Shown: positions 46,164 through 54,644 of the stretch, in pieces
Position numbering within the stretch: the first letter of the stretch is position 1
How the letters are laid out: each line of letters begins with the position of its first letter
Source of the DNA: Actinomycetes bacterium
GTDB taxonomy: Bacteria; Actinomycetota; Acidimicrobiia; IMCC26256; VFJJ01
Reading direction: 5' to 3'
Length of the DNA: 61,074 bases
Assembly (NCBI GenBank): GCA_031362415.1
Contig: JANLSK010000149.1
Span: 1-61,074, forward strand
Made by a program: the position numbers and the translations under genes
The notes under the pieces: model-generated
What the model saw: the letters and a program-made list of their open reading frames with translations, nothing else
The model's database searches: none
What the model was told of the DNA's origin: nothing

Positions 46164-47849
46164 ATGAGTGAGCGTACGCATGAACCGGATCGGCGACCGG
46201 TGCTGGCGATCCCGCCGCAGCCACTCTCGGCGGGTGAGGACGTGCCGCCGCCGGCCACGGCACGCGATCGGGCCATCCGCGACGCCGCGCTGGCCCGCAT
46301 CGCCGAGGCCGCCGACCGGGTTGGAATCGACAGGCGGCGCTTCCTCCACACGGCGGGCGGGGTCGCCGGGCTGCTCGCCACGGTCAACCTGGCCGCCTGC
46401 TCCACCGATGGCGACGGTGGACGCGCCGCTCCCGGATCCCAGAGCTCGTCGAGCCGCTCGACGGTGAGCCCGTCGACCACGTCGACCACGTCGCTCGCCA
46501 TCAGCCCGTCGACGGCCACGACGTCGTTCTCGACGCCCACGGCGACGGACACCACGGCTGCGTCCGAGCCGAGTCCGATCACCACGACCGGGCCCGGCGG
46601 CGTGTTCGAGGTACCCGAGCCCGAAGACGTCGAGGCGTGCGCCGCCGCGCTCACGTTCGGCGGAGCGTTCATCCTCGACGTGCACACCCACCACGTCATC
46701 CCCGACGGGCCCTGGGTGCGCAACGACCCCCGTCACGCCAACTCCTTGCGGCGCTTGGCTCCCAACGGATGCGGGGAAGGCGAGCCCCTCGAATGCCTCG
46801 ATCGGCTGGCCTACCTGGAAGACATGTTCCTGAGCAGCGAGACGACCGTCGCCATCCTCTCGAACGTGCCCGCGGCGTCGCCGGAGATCGACCCGCTCAC
46901 CTTCGCCGAGGCCCTGCGCACTCGCCAGTTGGTCGACGCGCTGAGCGTAGGCGGCGAGCCGCGCGTGCTGGTGCAGCACATCGTGGCCCCCAACTTCGGT
47001 CTGCTGGGTGTGCACCTCGACGCCATGGCTGCCAACGTCGAGACGGGCCGGGTCGTGGGGTTCAAGACCTACACCGGCTATGGCCCCGAGGGCCGGGGAT
47101 ACGCCCTCGACGCCCCCGAGGTGGGACTGCCGTTCCTCGAGCATGCTCGCAGCCTCGGCGTCAACGTGATCAGCGTGCACAAGGGCTTGCCCCTCTTCAA
47201 CTTCGACCTGGCCAACAACGGGCCGCGCGACCTGGCTGCGGCGGCCCGCTTGTACCCCGACCTGAGCTTCGTCGTCTACCACTCGGCGTGGCAGCGCGAT
47301 GTGGCCGAGGGCGCCTACGACGCCGGACGGGCGGCCGTGGGCGTGAGCTCACTGGTGAAGGCCTTGCAGGATCACGGAATCGCGCCCAACAGCAACGTGT
47401 ACGCCGAGTTGGGGACGACCTGGCGGGAGCTGGTGCGCCGGCCCACCGAGGCCGCGCACGTCATCGGCAAGCTCATGACCCACGTGGGTGAAAACAACGT
47501 CCTGTGGGGCACCGACGCCATCTGGCTCGGATCGCCGCAGCCGCAGATCATGGCGTTCAAGGCGTTCCATATAACGCCGGAGTTCCAGGACCGCTTCGGC
47601 TACCCCGAGCTCACCGACGAGCGCAAGCGCAAGATCCTGGGCGAGAACGCAGCCCGCCTCTACGGGCTCGACTCGGGCGCGCTGCGCTGCGTGCTCCCCG
47701 GCGACGCGCTCCAGCGGGCCCGCGACGAGCACGCCGGCCTCCTGGCCATGGGACCGATCCGGGACTCCTGGCTCCCCCGGGGTCCCGTCACCCGTCGGGA
47801 GGTCATGACCTGGCTGTCGAGGCTTCCCGGCCTGCCCGCCCCGGCGTGA
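46164..47849 (+). CDS. Tat-secreted amidohydrolase family protein
   Basis: Twin-arginine signal DRRRFLHTAGGVAGLLA and a Ser/Thr-rich linker. The amidohydrolase-2 type HxH motif is ILDVHTHHVIP. 561 aa. Confidence 0.7.
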   Translation: MSERTHEPDRRPVLAIPPQPLSAGEDVPPPATARDRAIRDAALARIAEAADRVGIDRRRFLHTAGGVAGLLATVNLAACSTDGDGGRAAPGSQSSSSRSTVSPSTTSTTSLAISPSTATTSFSTPTATDTTAASEPSPITTTGPGGVFEVPEPEDVEACAAALTFGGAFILDVHTHHVIPDGPWVRNDPRHANSLRRLAPNGCGEGEPLECLDRLAYLEDMFLSSETTVAILSNVPAASPEIDPLTFAEALRTRQLVDALSVGGEPRVLVQHIVAPNFGLLGVHLDAMAANVETGRVVGFKTYTGYGPEGRGYALDAPEVGLPFLEHARSLGVNVISVHKGLPLFNFDLANNGPRDLAAAARLYPDLSFVVYHSAWQRDVAEGAYDAGRAAVGVSSLVKALQDHGIAPNSNVYAELGTTWRELVRRPTEAAHVIGKLMTHVGENNVLWGTDAIWLGSPQPQIMAFKAFHITPEFQDRFGYPELTDERKRKILGENAARLYGLDSGALRCVLPGDALQRARDEHAGLLAMGPIRDSWLPRGPVTRREVMTWLSRLPGLPAPA

Positions 47850-47931
47850 CGGTCGACTCGGCGTGACGGGCGCCCGGGCGTGACGGCCGTCCCACGATCG
47901 TGGGGCCGCGGCGAGTAGCGTCGAGTCGCCC

Positions 47932-49632
47932 ATGGGTCCTCCCGCCGCCGACCGTCCGCCCGAGCCCCGAGCCAACACCCGCACCCGGTCCCGGTCCCGG
48001 AGCGAGGCCCGGGCTCGGCTCCGCCGCCGCCGTCGCCAGCTGGCGGCGACCGTGACGCTGGCGGTGGTGACCGGCTTCGTGCTGGGCCTCGTCTGGCACT
48101 CCGTGCAAGGCGGCGACGGCGACGTCCACTCGGCTGCCGATGGCGTGGTTGCGCTCGACCCGTCCATCAGCACGGTCACCGGAGCCACACCCTTCTCAGC
48201 ACCATCGACCAGGACATCGACAGCTGCTCCCACGATCGTCGCCCCGCTGGTCGAGCTCACCACCACGACGTTGACGCCCGAACCCTACGACGGATGGTCT
48301 GACCCAGCCGCGGTTGGAGAGCCTTATGGCACAACGGTTCCCGGCGTGTTGACCTTCCGCGGGAACCCCACCCGCACGTACTACGGCTCCGGACCGATGC
48401 CGACAGCGCCGGTCGTCGACTGGAAGTTCGCCATCGGCTGCTCGGAATCGTCCGAGTTCGGCGCCACCCGCACCTGGTGCGGCAGCGGCTGGACGGGCCA
48501 GCCCGCAGTCTTCGAACGCGACGGCCGCACCTGGGTGGTGTTCGGCGCCTACGACGGCTTGGTCCATTTCCTCGACGCGGCCACGGGCGAGCGGATCATC
48601 CCCGACTTCCCCACGGGCGACATCATCAAGGGCTCGGTCACCATCGATCCCGACGGCTATCCGTTGGTGTACGTGGGTTCTCGCGACGACCACTACCGGG
48701 TCATCGCCATCGACCGCCCTGAGCCCACCGAGTTGTGGAGGCTCTCGGCCACCGACGTCTCGCCCACCATGTGGAACAACGACTGGGACGGATCGGGTCT
48801 GGTCATCGGCGATCATCTCTTCGAGGGGGGCGAGAACAGCCAGTTCCACGTGGCCAAGCTGCATCGGGGCTACGGGTTCGACGGGTTGGTCACCGTCGCC
48901 CCCGAGCTCGTCTTCAACACGCCCGGCTGGGACGAGGAGCTGCTGCGGGCGATCGGCGATCGGGAGGTGTCGATCGAGAACTCGGTGGCCATCTGGAAGG
49001 ACATCGTCTACTTCGCCAACTCCGGCGGGCTGGTGCAGGGTTGGGACCTGAGCGGGTTGCGCGAGGGGTCGGCGACGTTCGGGCAGGTCCCGACCCGGGT
49101 CTTTCGGTTCTGGACGGGTGAGGACACCGACGCCTCGGTGGTCGTCGACGAGGACGGCTTCCTCTACGTGGGCTCGGAGTGGGAACGCCATACCGCACAA
49201 GGGCGGGAGGTCGGTCAGATCATGAAGCTCGACCCCAGCCGACCCGACGATCCCCTGGTGTGGTCCATCGCCGACCAGGACACTGACAAGGACGGGGTCT
49301 GGGGCACGCCGGCACTGCACCGCGACATGGTGTACGTGCCCACCAACAGCGGCCTCGTCTACGGCATCGACCGGGCCACGGGGGAGGTGCGCTGGGAGAA
49401 GCGCCTCCCGGGCCCCACGTGGCAGTCGCCGGTGGTCGTCGACGACGTGCTCATCCAAGGCGATTGCAGCGGCGTATTGCACGCCTACGACGTCTCCGAC
49501 ACCACCATCGACCCGCCCGAGCTGTGGCGCATCAACCTGGGTGGCTGCATCGAGTCGACCCCAGCCGTGTGGAAGGGCCGCATCTACCTCGGTACGCGCG
49601 GCGGCAGTTTCCACGCCATCGCCGACGGCTGA
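47932..49632 (+). CDS. membrane-anchored PQQ-like beta-propeller repeat protein
   Basis: N-terminal Arg-rich region plus one TM segment. Repeated W-containing blades follow (GLVYGIDRATGEVRWE, GVLHAYDVSDT...ELWRINLGG). Confidence 0.65.
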   Translation: MGPPAADRPPEPRANTRTRSRSRSEARARLRRRRRQLAATVTLAVVTGFVLGLVWHSVQGGDGDVHSAADGVVALDPSISTVTGATPFSAPSTRTSTAAPTIVAPLVELTTTTLTPEPYDGWSDPAAVGEPYGTTVPGVLTFRGNPTRTYYGSGPMPTAPVVDWKFAIGCSESSEFGATRTWCGSGWTGQPAVFERDGRTWVVFGAYDGLVHFLDAATGERIIPDFPTGDIIKGSVTIDPDGYPLVYVGSRDDHYRVIAIDRPEPTELWRLSATDVSPTMWNNDWDGSGLVIGDHLFEGGENSQFHVAKLHRGYGFDGLVTVAPELVFNTPGWDEELLRAIGDREVSIENSVAIWKDIVYFANSGGLVQGWDLSGLREGSATFGQVPTRVFRFWTGEDTDASVVVDEDGFLYVGSEWERHTAQGREVGQIMKLDPSRPDDPLVWSIADQDTDKDGVWGTPALHRDMVYVPTNSGLVYGIDRATGEVRWEKRLPGPTWQSPVVVDDVLIQGDCSGVLHAYDVSDTTIDPPELWRINLGGCIESTPAVWKGRIYLGTRGGSFHAIADG

Positions 49633-49648
49633 CCGCTGGACCGCTGCG

Positions 49649-49695
49649 AGCACCTGTCGCTGAACGGGGATGGGTCCGTCTGAGCGACAGGTGCT
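49649..49695 (+). terminator. 13-bp perfect-stem hairpin between PQQ-repeat gene and epimerase gene
   Basis: AGCACCTGTCGCT ... (21-nt loop) ... AGCGACAGGTGCT. It starts 17 bp after the stop at 49632. Confidence 0.4.
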
Positions 49696-49756
49696 GGAGC
49701 GGGTGGGTTCCGAGCGGCCCTCGGGATCGCCCTCCGTGGTCGGTAGCGTTGGCGGC

Positions 49757-50674
49757 ATGAAGATCGCAGTCACGGGAGCAAGCGGGTTGGTCGGGCGGGC
49801 ACTATGTGAGCGGCTCGGCGCCCTGGGGCACGAAGTCGTGAAGGTGGTGCGTCGGGCGGTCCCGGCCGGTGAGACCGGTGCCGTGGCGTGGGATCCGTCG
49901 GCCGGCACCATCGATCGCGACGGCCTCGATGGGCTCGACGGGGTGGTGCATCTCGCCGGAGCCGGGATTGCCGACAAGCGTTGGACTCCGGGGCACAAGG
50001 CGGCCATCCTCGACAGCCGCGTCGCGGGAACCAGCCTCCTGGCCCGCACGCTGGCTGGCCTGGCGTCGCCACCTCCCGTTCTGTTGTCGGGCTCGGCCAT
50101 CGGGTTCTACGGCAGCAGGGGCGACGAGCTGCTCACCGAGAGCTCGGCGATCGGCGGCGGTTTCCTCGCCGACGTGGTCGGGAAGTGGGAAGCCGCCAGC
50201 CGTCCCGCGGCCGACGCCGGAATCCGCACCGTCACCCTGCGCACCGGGATCGTGCTGAGCCGCGACGGTGGAGCGCTCAAGAAGCAGCTCCTCCCGTTCA
50301 AGCTGGGGTTGGGCGGAAGGGTCGGCAGCGGACGTCAGTGGATGAGCTGGATCACCATCGACGACGAGGTCGCAGCCATCGTTCACCTCCTCACAGCCAC
50401 GAACGTCGCCGGGCCCGTCAACCTCTCTGCGCCGAATCCCGTCACCCAGGCGGTCTTCGCCGACAACCTCGGCCGTGCGCTGCACCGACCGACGATCCTG
50501 CCCACGCCGGTGTTCCTGGTGAAGGCCGCGCTCGGTGGCGAGCTGGTCGACGAGCTGCTGCTCGCCAGTCAGCGGGTCGTGCCTGAGCAGCTCGTCGACT
50601 CGGGTTTCGTCTTCACCCATCCCGAGCTCGACGCCGCGTTGGATCAGACGGTGCATCGCGATGGGCAAGACTGA
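49757..50674 (+). CDS. TIGR01777/YfcH-like NAD-dependent epimerase (with DUF1731 C-terminus)
   Basis: MKIAVTGASGLVGRAL Rossmann start and ~305 aa length. The C-terminal region fits DUF1731. Confidence 0.75.
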   Translation: MKIAVTGASGLVGRALCERLGALGHEVVKVVRRAVPAGETGAVAWDPSAGTIDRDGLDGLDGVVHLAGAGIADKRWTPGHKAAILDSRVAGTSLLARTLAGLASPPPVLLSGSAIGFYGSRGDELLTESSAIGGGFLADVVGKWEAASRPAADAGIRTVTLRTGIVLSRDGGALKKQLLPFKLGLGGRVGSGRQWMSWITIDDEVAAIVHLLTATNVAGPVNLSAPNPVTQAVFADNLGRALHRPTILPTPVFLVKAALGGELVDELLLASQRVVPEQLVDSGFVFTHPELDAALDQTVHRDGQD

Positions 50675-50678
50675 CCGC

Positions 50679-51299
50679 ATGGAACAGAGCCGCAGGCGGT
50701 ATCTCACGATGTCGTTCGGCTCGTTGCTCGTGGTCGTGTTGAGCCTGGGCGGGGCGTTGGTCGGCTGTGGAGACGATGGTCCGTCAACGTCGGGTCCGGT
50801 GATCGTGAGCGGTGCCGAGGAGGAGGCCTGCCCACAGCCCGAGCCCACGGGCGAGCTGTCAACCGACAAGAACGACTTCGTGCTCCCTGCCCTCTGCGGC
50901 GACGCCCAGGTGAGGCTCGCCGACTTCCGGGGCATCCCTCTGGTCGTGAACCTCTTCGCCTCCTGGTGCGGGCCTTGCAAGAAGGAGCTCCCGGCGTTCC
51001 ACCGGGTCTCGGAGGCGGCCAAGGGCCGGGTGGTGTTCGTGGGCGTCAACTCGAAGGACGCCGGCGATGGCTACCCGCTGGCCGCCGAGTCGGGCGTCAC
51101 CGACTGGCCGCTCGCTCGCGACGCCGGAGGCCGCGACGAGGACGGCCTGGCCCGCTCTTACGGGGCCCGGGGCCTGCCCGTCACCGCCTTCTACAACGCC
51201 GACGGCACCATCGCCGAGATCGACTTCGGCGAGCTCGACGAGGCCAAGCTCGCCGCCAAGCTCCTCGAGCTCTTCGGAGTCGACGTCGAGCTCGAGTGA
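50679..51299 (+). CDS. TlpA/ResA family thiol-disulfide oxidoreductase
   Basis: Thioredoxin active site WCGPC. The N-terminal signal/anchor has an LVGCGDD lipobox-like site. Confidence 0.8.
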   Translation: MEQSRRRYLTMSFGSLLVVVLSLGGALVGCGDDGPSTSGPVIVSGAEEEACPQPEPTGELSTDKNDFVLPALCGDAQVRLADFRGIPLVVNLFASWCGPCKKELPAFHRVSEAAKGRVVFVGVNSKDAGDGYPLAAESGVTDWPLARDAGGRDEDGLARSYGARGLPVTAFYNADGTIAEIDFGELDEAKLAAKLLELFGVDVELE

Positions 51300-51367
51300 G
51301 CCCCACTCCACGCCCACCATTCGGCTCGGAACGCCCCGGGGTGCGCTGCTAGAGTGCACCCCGACTC

Positions 51368-51439
51368 GGGCGGTTAGCTCAGCGGGAGAGCACTTCCTCG
51401 ACACGGAAGGGGCCACAAGTTCGATCCTTGTACCGCCCA
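51368..51439 (+). tRNA. tRNA-Val (GAC)
   Basis: GGGCGGT acceptor stem, CTTCC/TCGACAC/GGAAG anticodon arm and GTTCGATCC T-loop. Position 33 reads C, which is unusual. Confidence 0.75.
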
Positions 51440-51456
51440 CCGAAGAACATGCAGGT

Positions 51457-51480
51457 CAGGGGCACTTTCGGGTGCCCCTG
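51457..51480. terminator. bidirectional hairpin after tRNA-Val and SnoaL-like gene
   Basis: CAGGGGCAC-TTTCGG-GTGCCCCTG is a perfect 9-bp stem. Confidence 0.5.
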
Positions 51481-51526
51481 ATTCGCGCCCGGGAGGCCAA
51501 GGGCCCGTGGCCCCGTGGCCCCGAGG

Positions 51527-51868
51527 TCACTCGGGGACGGTGAACAGCGCCCCGTTCCAATAGTCGCGGTTCTCGGTGATCAATCCGTCACGCAGCGAGC
51601 CGACCGAGACGCCCCGCACGCCCATCGGCTGCATGACCCACTCGATGTGATAGCTGGTATCGGTGCTGGAGCCGCTCACGAAGTCGAACGCGGCATCGGG
51701 CACGTTCTTGAACGATGCCTCAACGAAGCGACGGGCCTGGCGGATGCCGACGGCCTTGTGCCCGAGGGTCGTGTCCTCGTAGGTGACGTCCTCGGTCATC
51801 CAAGCGAGGACACCGTCGACGTCCAGTGCGTTCCAGGAGGCCAGGTAGCTCTCGAACCAGGTGCTCAT
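51527..51868 (-). CDS. SnoaL-like/NTF2-fold protein
   Basis: 113 aa. SYLASWNALDVDGVLAWMTEDVTYED is typical of NTF2-like proteins. Confidence 0.65.
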   Translation of the reverse strand: MSTWFESYLASWNALDVDGVLAWMTEDVTYEDTTLGHKAVGIRQARRFVEASFKNVPDAAFDFVSGSSTDTSYHIEWVMQPMGVRGVSVGSLRDGLITENRDYWNGALFTVPE

Positions 51869-51946
51869 CGGTCTCCTCGGGTCGGTGCCGCCCGCACGGG
51901 GACCGCACGTCGTCAGCCCGCCCGATCGTACTCAGGGGGCCGGTCG

Positions 51947-52804
51947 TCAGGGCGCGACGGCGTCGTCGCCGAGGTGCTCGCGAATCCAGGCCCGCAACGG
52001 CACGTCGTCATCGGTGGGATCGAAGAAGCCGTTCTGGCTCGACGACCAGCCGAGGAGCTGCCGCCGGATCGGCTCGACCTCCGCCCACAGCGCGCTGTGG
52101 TCCATACGGGACTTGGGTCGTAGCCATCGGTAGCTGTAGCCGTAGAAGAGCGCCTTTCGGGTGACCTGCGAGAGGTTGGTGCTCCCCGAGTGCCACAGGC
52201 GCCGGTCGAACACGAGGGCGTCACCGGCTCGGGCCTTCACCTCGATGGCTCCGTCGGGACGTCCCTCGGCCTCGATCTGTGGCGCCGAGCTGCTCAGATG
52301 GCTCCCCGGCACGATGCAGAAGTTACCCATCCCGTCGTCAGGGAGATCGCTGAGGAAGTACGCCACTTTCAACGACACGCGCGGGTGGGGGCCGTCGGTC
52401 TCGAAGTCGCGGTTCATGCGGTTGTTGTCCTGGTGCCAGCCGTAGGCGCCGGCCCGGGCCGCCGGGTGCGTCGGCGGGCTCACGATGAACTGGGTGTGAT
52501 ACAGCTGGATGTGCCAGCCGAGAACGCCGAACACCTTCGGGAAGGTGCTCGGCCAGTCGATCAGCTCGAGGTACACGGAGTCGCGCCCCACGCAGTCGTG
52601 CAGGTTGAGCACGTGATAGGGGCCGACGCCGTCTGCTGAGCGGAAGGCGTCGAGCTCGCGATCGGCGATCGCCGAGAGCTCGGCCACCATCTCCTCGGGG
52701 AGCGCACCAGGGATCGTGAGGTAACCCTGGGCCTCGAAGAGGGAGCGCTCGTCGTCGGTGAGCCGATGCTCGATGAAGCCGTGCTCGGACCGGGTCACAC
52801 CCAT
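51947..52804 (-). CDS. phytanoyl-CoA dioxygenase (PhyH) family protein
   Basis: 2-His-1-carboxylate facial triad GWHQDNN ... LWHSGSTN. The start is assigned at the internal ATG (MGVTRSEHG); the long ORF extending to 53203 runs through noncoding repeats. Confidence 0.7.
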   Translation of the reverse strand: MGVTRSEHGFIEHRLTDDERSLFEAQGYLTIPGALPEEMVAELSAIADRELDAFRSADGVGPYHVLNLHDCVGRDSVYLELIDWPSTFPKVFGVLGWHIQLYHTQFIVSPPTHPAARAGAYGWHQDNNRMNRDFETDGPHPRVSLKVAYFLSDLPDDGMGNFCIVPGSHLSSSAPQIEAEGRPDGAIEVKARAGDALVFDRRLWHSGSTNLSQVTRKALFYGYSYRWLRPKSRMDHSALWAEVEPIRRQLLGWSSSQNGFFDPTDDDVPLRAWIREHLGDDAVAP

Positions 52805-52920
52805 ACGAAATGGTACGTGAGCGAAAAGTCCTTCAGCGACCGCCGAATCGGCCGATGATTCCCACAGCGACACCGAACATGGCTGTGAGAGCGGGGCTCG
52901 ACCGGAGCAGGGCTTCGGGA

Positions 52921-52950
52921 GGGGTGGGTTCGACTCCCACCGCAGCGCCA
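52921..52950 (+). other. tRNA-like 3' fragment (T-arm plus acceptor 3' strand plus CCA)
   Basis: GGGGTGGGTTCGACTCCCACCGCAGCGCCA has a canonical GTTCGAnTC T-loop with a 5-bp stem, a 7-nt acceptor strand and CCA. No matching 5' acceptor strand or D/anticodon arms are found upstream. Confidence 0.45.
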
Positions 52951-53061
52951 GTGCGGCCCGAGCGGCTTTCGCCGACGGGTACGCACCCAGTCGTGGAGCC
53001 CGGGCGGTTGCACTGCCCGCAGCTCGATGTCCGGCTTCCCCCACCGGTCTGCCCGGGCTCC

Positions 53062-53165
53062 ACGTCTCTCTCTTCCGGCTCCAGCCGTGCCTCCGGGTGC
53101 GGCTCGTGCCCCGGGTTGGGCTCCAGCCGTGCCCCGGGTTCGGCTCGTGCCCCGGGTTCGGCTCT
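53062..53165. repeat. intergenic tandem repeat (~20-nt unit GGCTC[C/G]...GTGCCCCGGGTT, 4-5 copies)
   Basis: cggctccagccgtgcctccgggtg / cggctcgtgccccgggttg / ggctccagccgtgccccgggttc / ggctcgtgccccgggttc. Confidence 0.7.
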
Positions 53166-53216
53166 GTGCCAGCGCTCTCTCGGGCGCCTACCGCAGCGCC
53201 CAACGGCGGCGCAGCA

Positions 53217-53669
53217 TCAGATCACGAACCAGTCGGTGGAGATCGTGGGACCGGCGCCGCTGACGGTGATGCGGACGGGTCCACGGGGGACACCGTCGAA
53301 GCGGAAGCGGCCCACGACGTCGCTGTGGTCGACGATGGTGCCGCCGGGATGGCGGAGCTCGACCAGCACGGCCGCCGCGGGAGCGACCTGGCCGACCAGG
53401 TGGCCCTGATCGACCTCGATCTCGATGGCCCCCCCGGCGGTCTCGAACGACATGGCGCGCGCCTGACCCGCCCCGCCGACGCCGCGCACGCCCACGACCT
53501 CGTCAACGAGCGAGTCGAACACCAGCTCGGCCAACTCGGCGTCGATCGTCCGCCAGGTGAACGACTCCTTGGCCATGGCCACCAAGGTGTCGGGGACGGG
53601 ATCGACCTGGGACGCGGTGGCCCGCAGCAGGTCGAGCGTGGGGTCGGGAAGCTCGTCGATGGCAGTCAT
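53217..53669 (-). CDS. hypothetical protein co-transcribed downstream of ECF sigma factor (possible sigma-associated regulator)
   Basis: 150 aa, 29 bp downstream of the sigma gene. No TM segment and no zinc-finger anti-sigma motif. Confidence 0.4.
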   Translation of the reverse strand: MTAIDELPDPTLDLLRATASQVDPVPDTLVAMAKESFTWRTIDAELAELVFDSLVDEVVGVRGVGGAGQARAMSFETAGGAIEIEVDQGHLVGQVAPAAAVLVELRHPGGTIVDHSDVVGRFRFDGVPRGPVRITVSGAGPTISTDWFVI

Positions 53670-53697
53670 GGTGTCCTCCTGGTGTTCAGGAGTCGGC

Positions 53698-54276
53698 TCA
53701 CTCGCCCGTGATACCGACGGCGACGAGCGCGGTGCGGAGCTTGTCGAGGCATCGGGCCCGAGTGGGTCCGATGCTGCCGATCGGCATGTCGAGCATCGTC
53801 GAGATGTCGGTGTAGGCGATGGGCGGGTCGGCCGTCAGCAGCCTCAGCAGGGTCTGACAACGCGCTGAGATCGTGGCGAACGTCTGCCAGACGACGGTGT
53901 CGCGTTCGCCGGCGAGCAGCGCGACGTCGAGGTCGGCGCCCCGATCGCAACCGTCGACGCGGTCGAACATCGTGTCATCGTCGGTGGCGACGGTTCGCCC
54001 GGACTTTCGCAGGCCCCTCAGGCACTCGTTGCGTGCGGTCGTGGCCAACCAGCCGGCCAGGCGCTCAGGTTCGCGGATCCGGCTCAGGTTCTCGACCAGG
54101 CGGAGCCAGACCGTCTGGAACACGTCGGATGCGTCGGCTTGGGAAAGCCGATAGCTGCGCGCGACCGACCAGACCAGGCCGCTAAACCGATCGACGATCG
54201 CGTTCCAGGCCGCGGCGTCACCGTCGGCCGCGTGTTTGAGCAGGTCTGCCACAGCATCGTCGGCCACCGACGCCAT
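53698..54276 (-). CDS. ECF (sigma-70 family group IV) RNA polymerase sigma factor
   Basis: Region 2 DLLKHAADGDAAAWNAIVDRFSGLVWSVARSY and region 4 ...DISTMLDMPIGSIGPTRARCLDKLR. Confidence 0.8.
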   Translation of the reverse strand: MASVADDAVADLLKHAADGDAAAWNAIVDRFSGLVWSVARSYRLSQADASDVFQTVWLRLVENLSRIREPERLAGWLATTARNECLRGLRKSGRTVATDDDTMFDRVDGCDRGADLDVALLAGERDTVVWQTFATISARCQTLLRLLTADPPIAYTDISTMLDMPIGSIGPTRARCLDKLRTALVAVGITGE

Positions 54277-54644
54277 GGTAGGGGAGCCGTCCTCCCCACC
54301 TGGTGGACGGGCGCCGGATCGACGGGCTGCTGTGGGGTGGTTCCCCACAGCAGCAGCGGCCATGACCGGTCTCGATTTTCGCCCACGTCTCGACTCGAGG
54401 TGGCGGCTCGTTCGACGAGCATCGTGTCAGGGGCGATCTGAGCACGTGGTTCTCGCCGGAGTTCGTTGGGTCATCCACATGTTCTTCCAACGGTGGTTTC
54501 GCGATGTCTCTCCGTGGGCATGCAGTGAATGATCGGAAGTCCGAACGTCGCAAAGCCCATGTTGGTTCGTGGATCTTGCGCCTGGAAGGCCGACCCGAAC
54601 GGCCGACCATCGGATGTGCGAGAAGCACGAGAAGTACGAAAGGT

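Noticed and set aside
52881-52950. Attempt to fold a complete 70-nt tRNA ending at the CCA at 52950
   Set aside because: Acceptor pairing GGCTGTG/CGCAGCG has a G-G first pair, the D-arm would have a 3-nt loop, and no 5-bp anticodon stem forms. Only the T-arm, acceptor 3' strand and CCA are canonical, so it is reported as a fragment.
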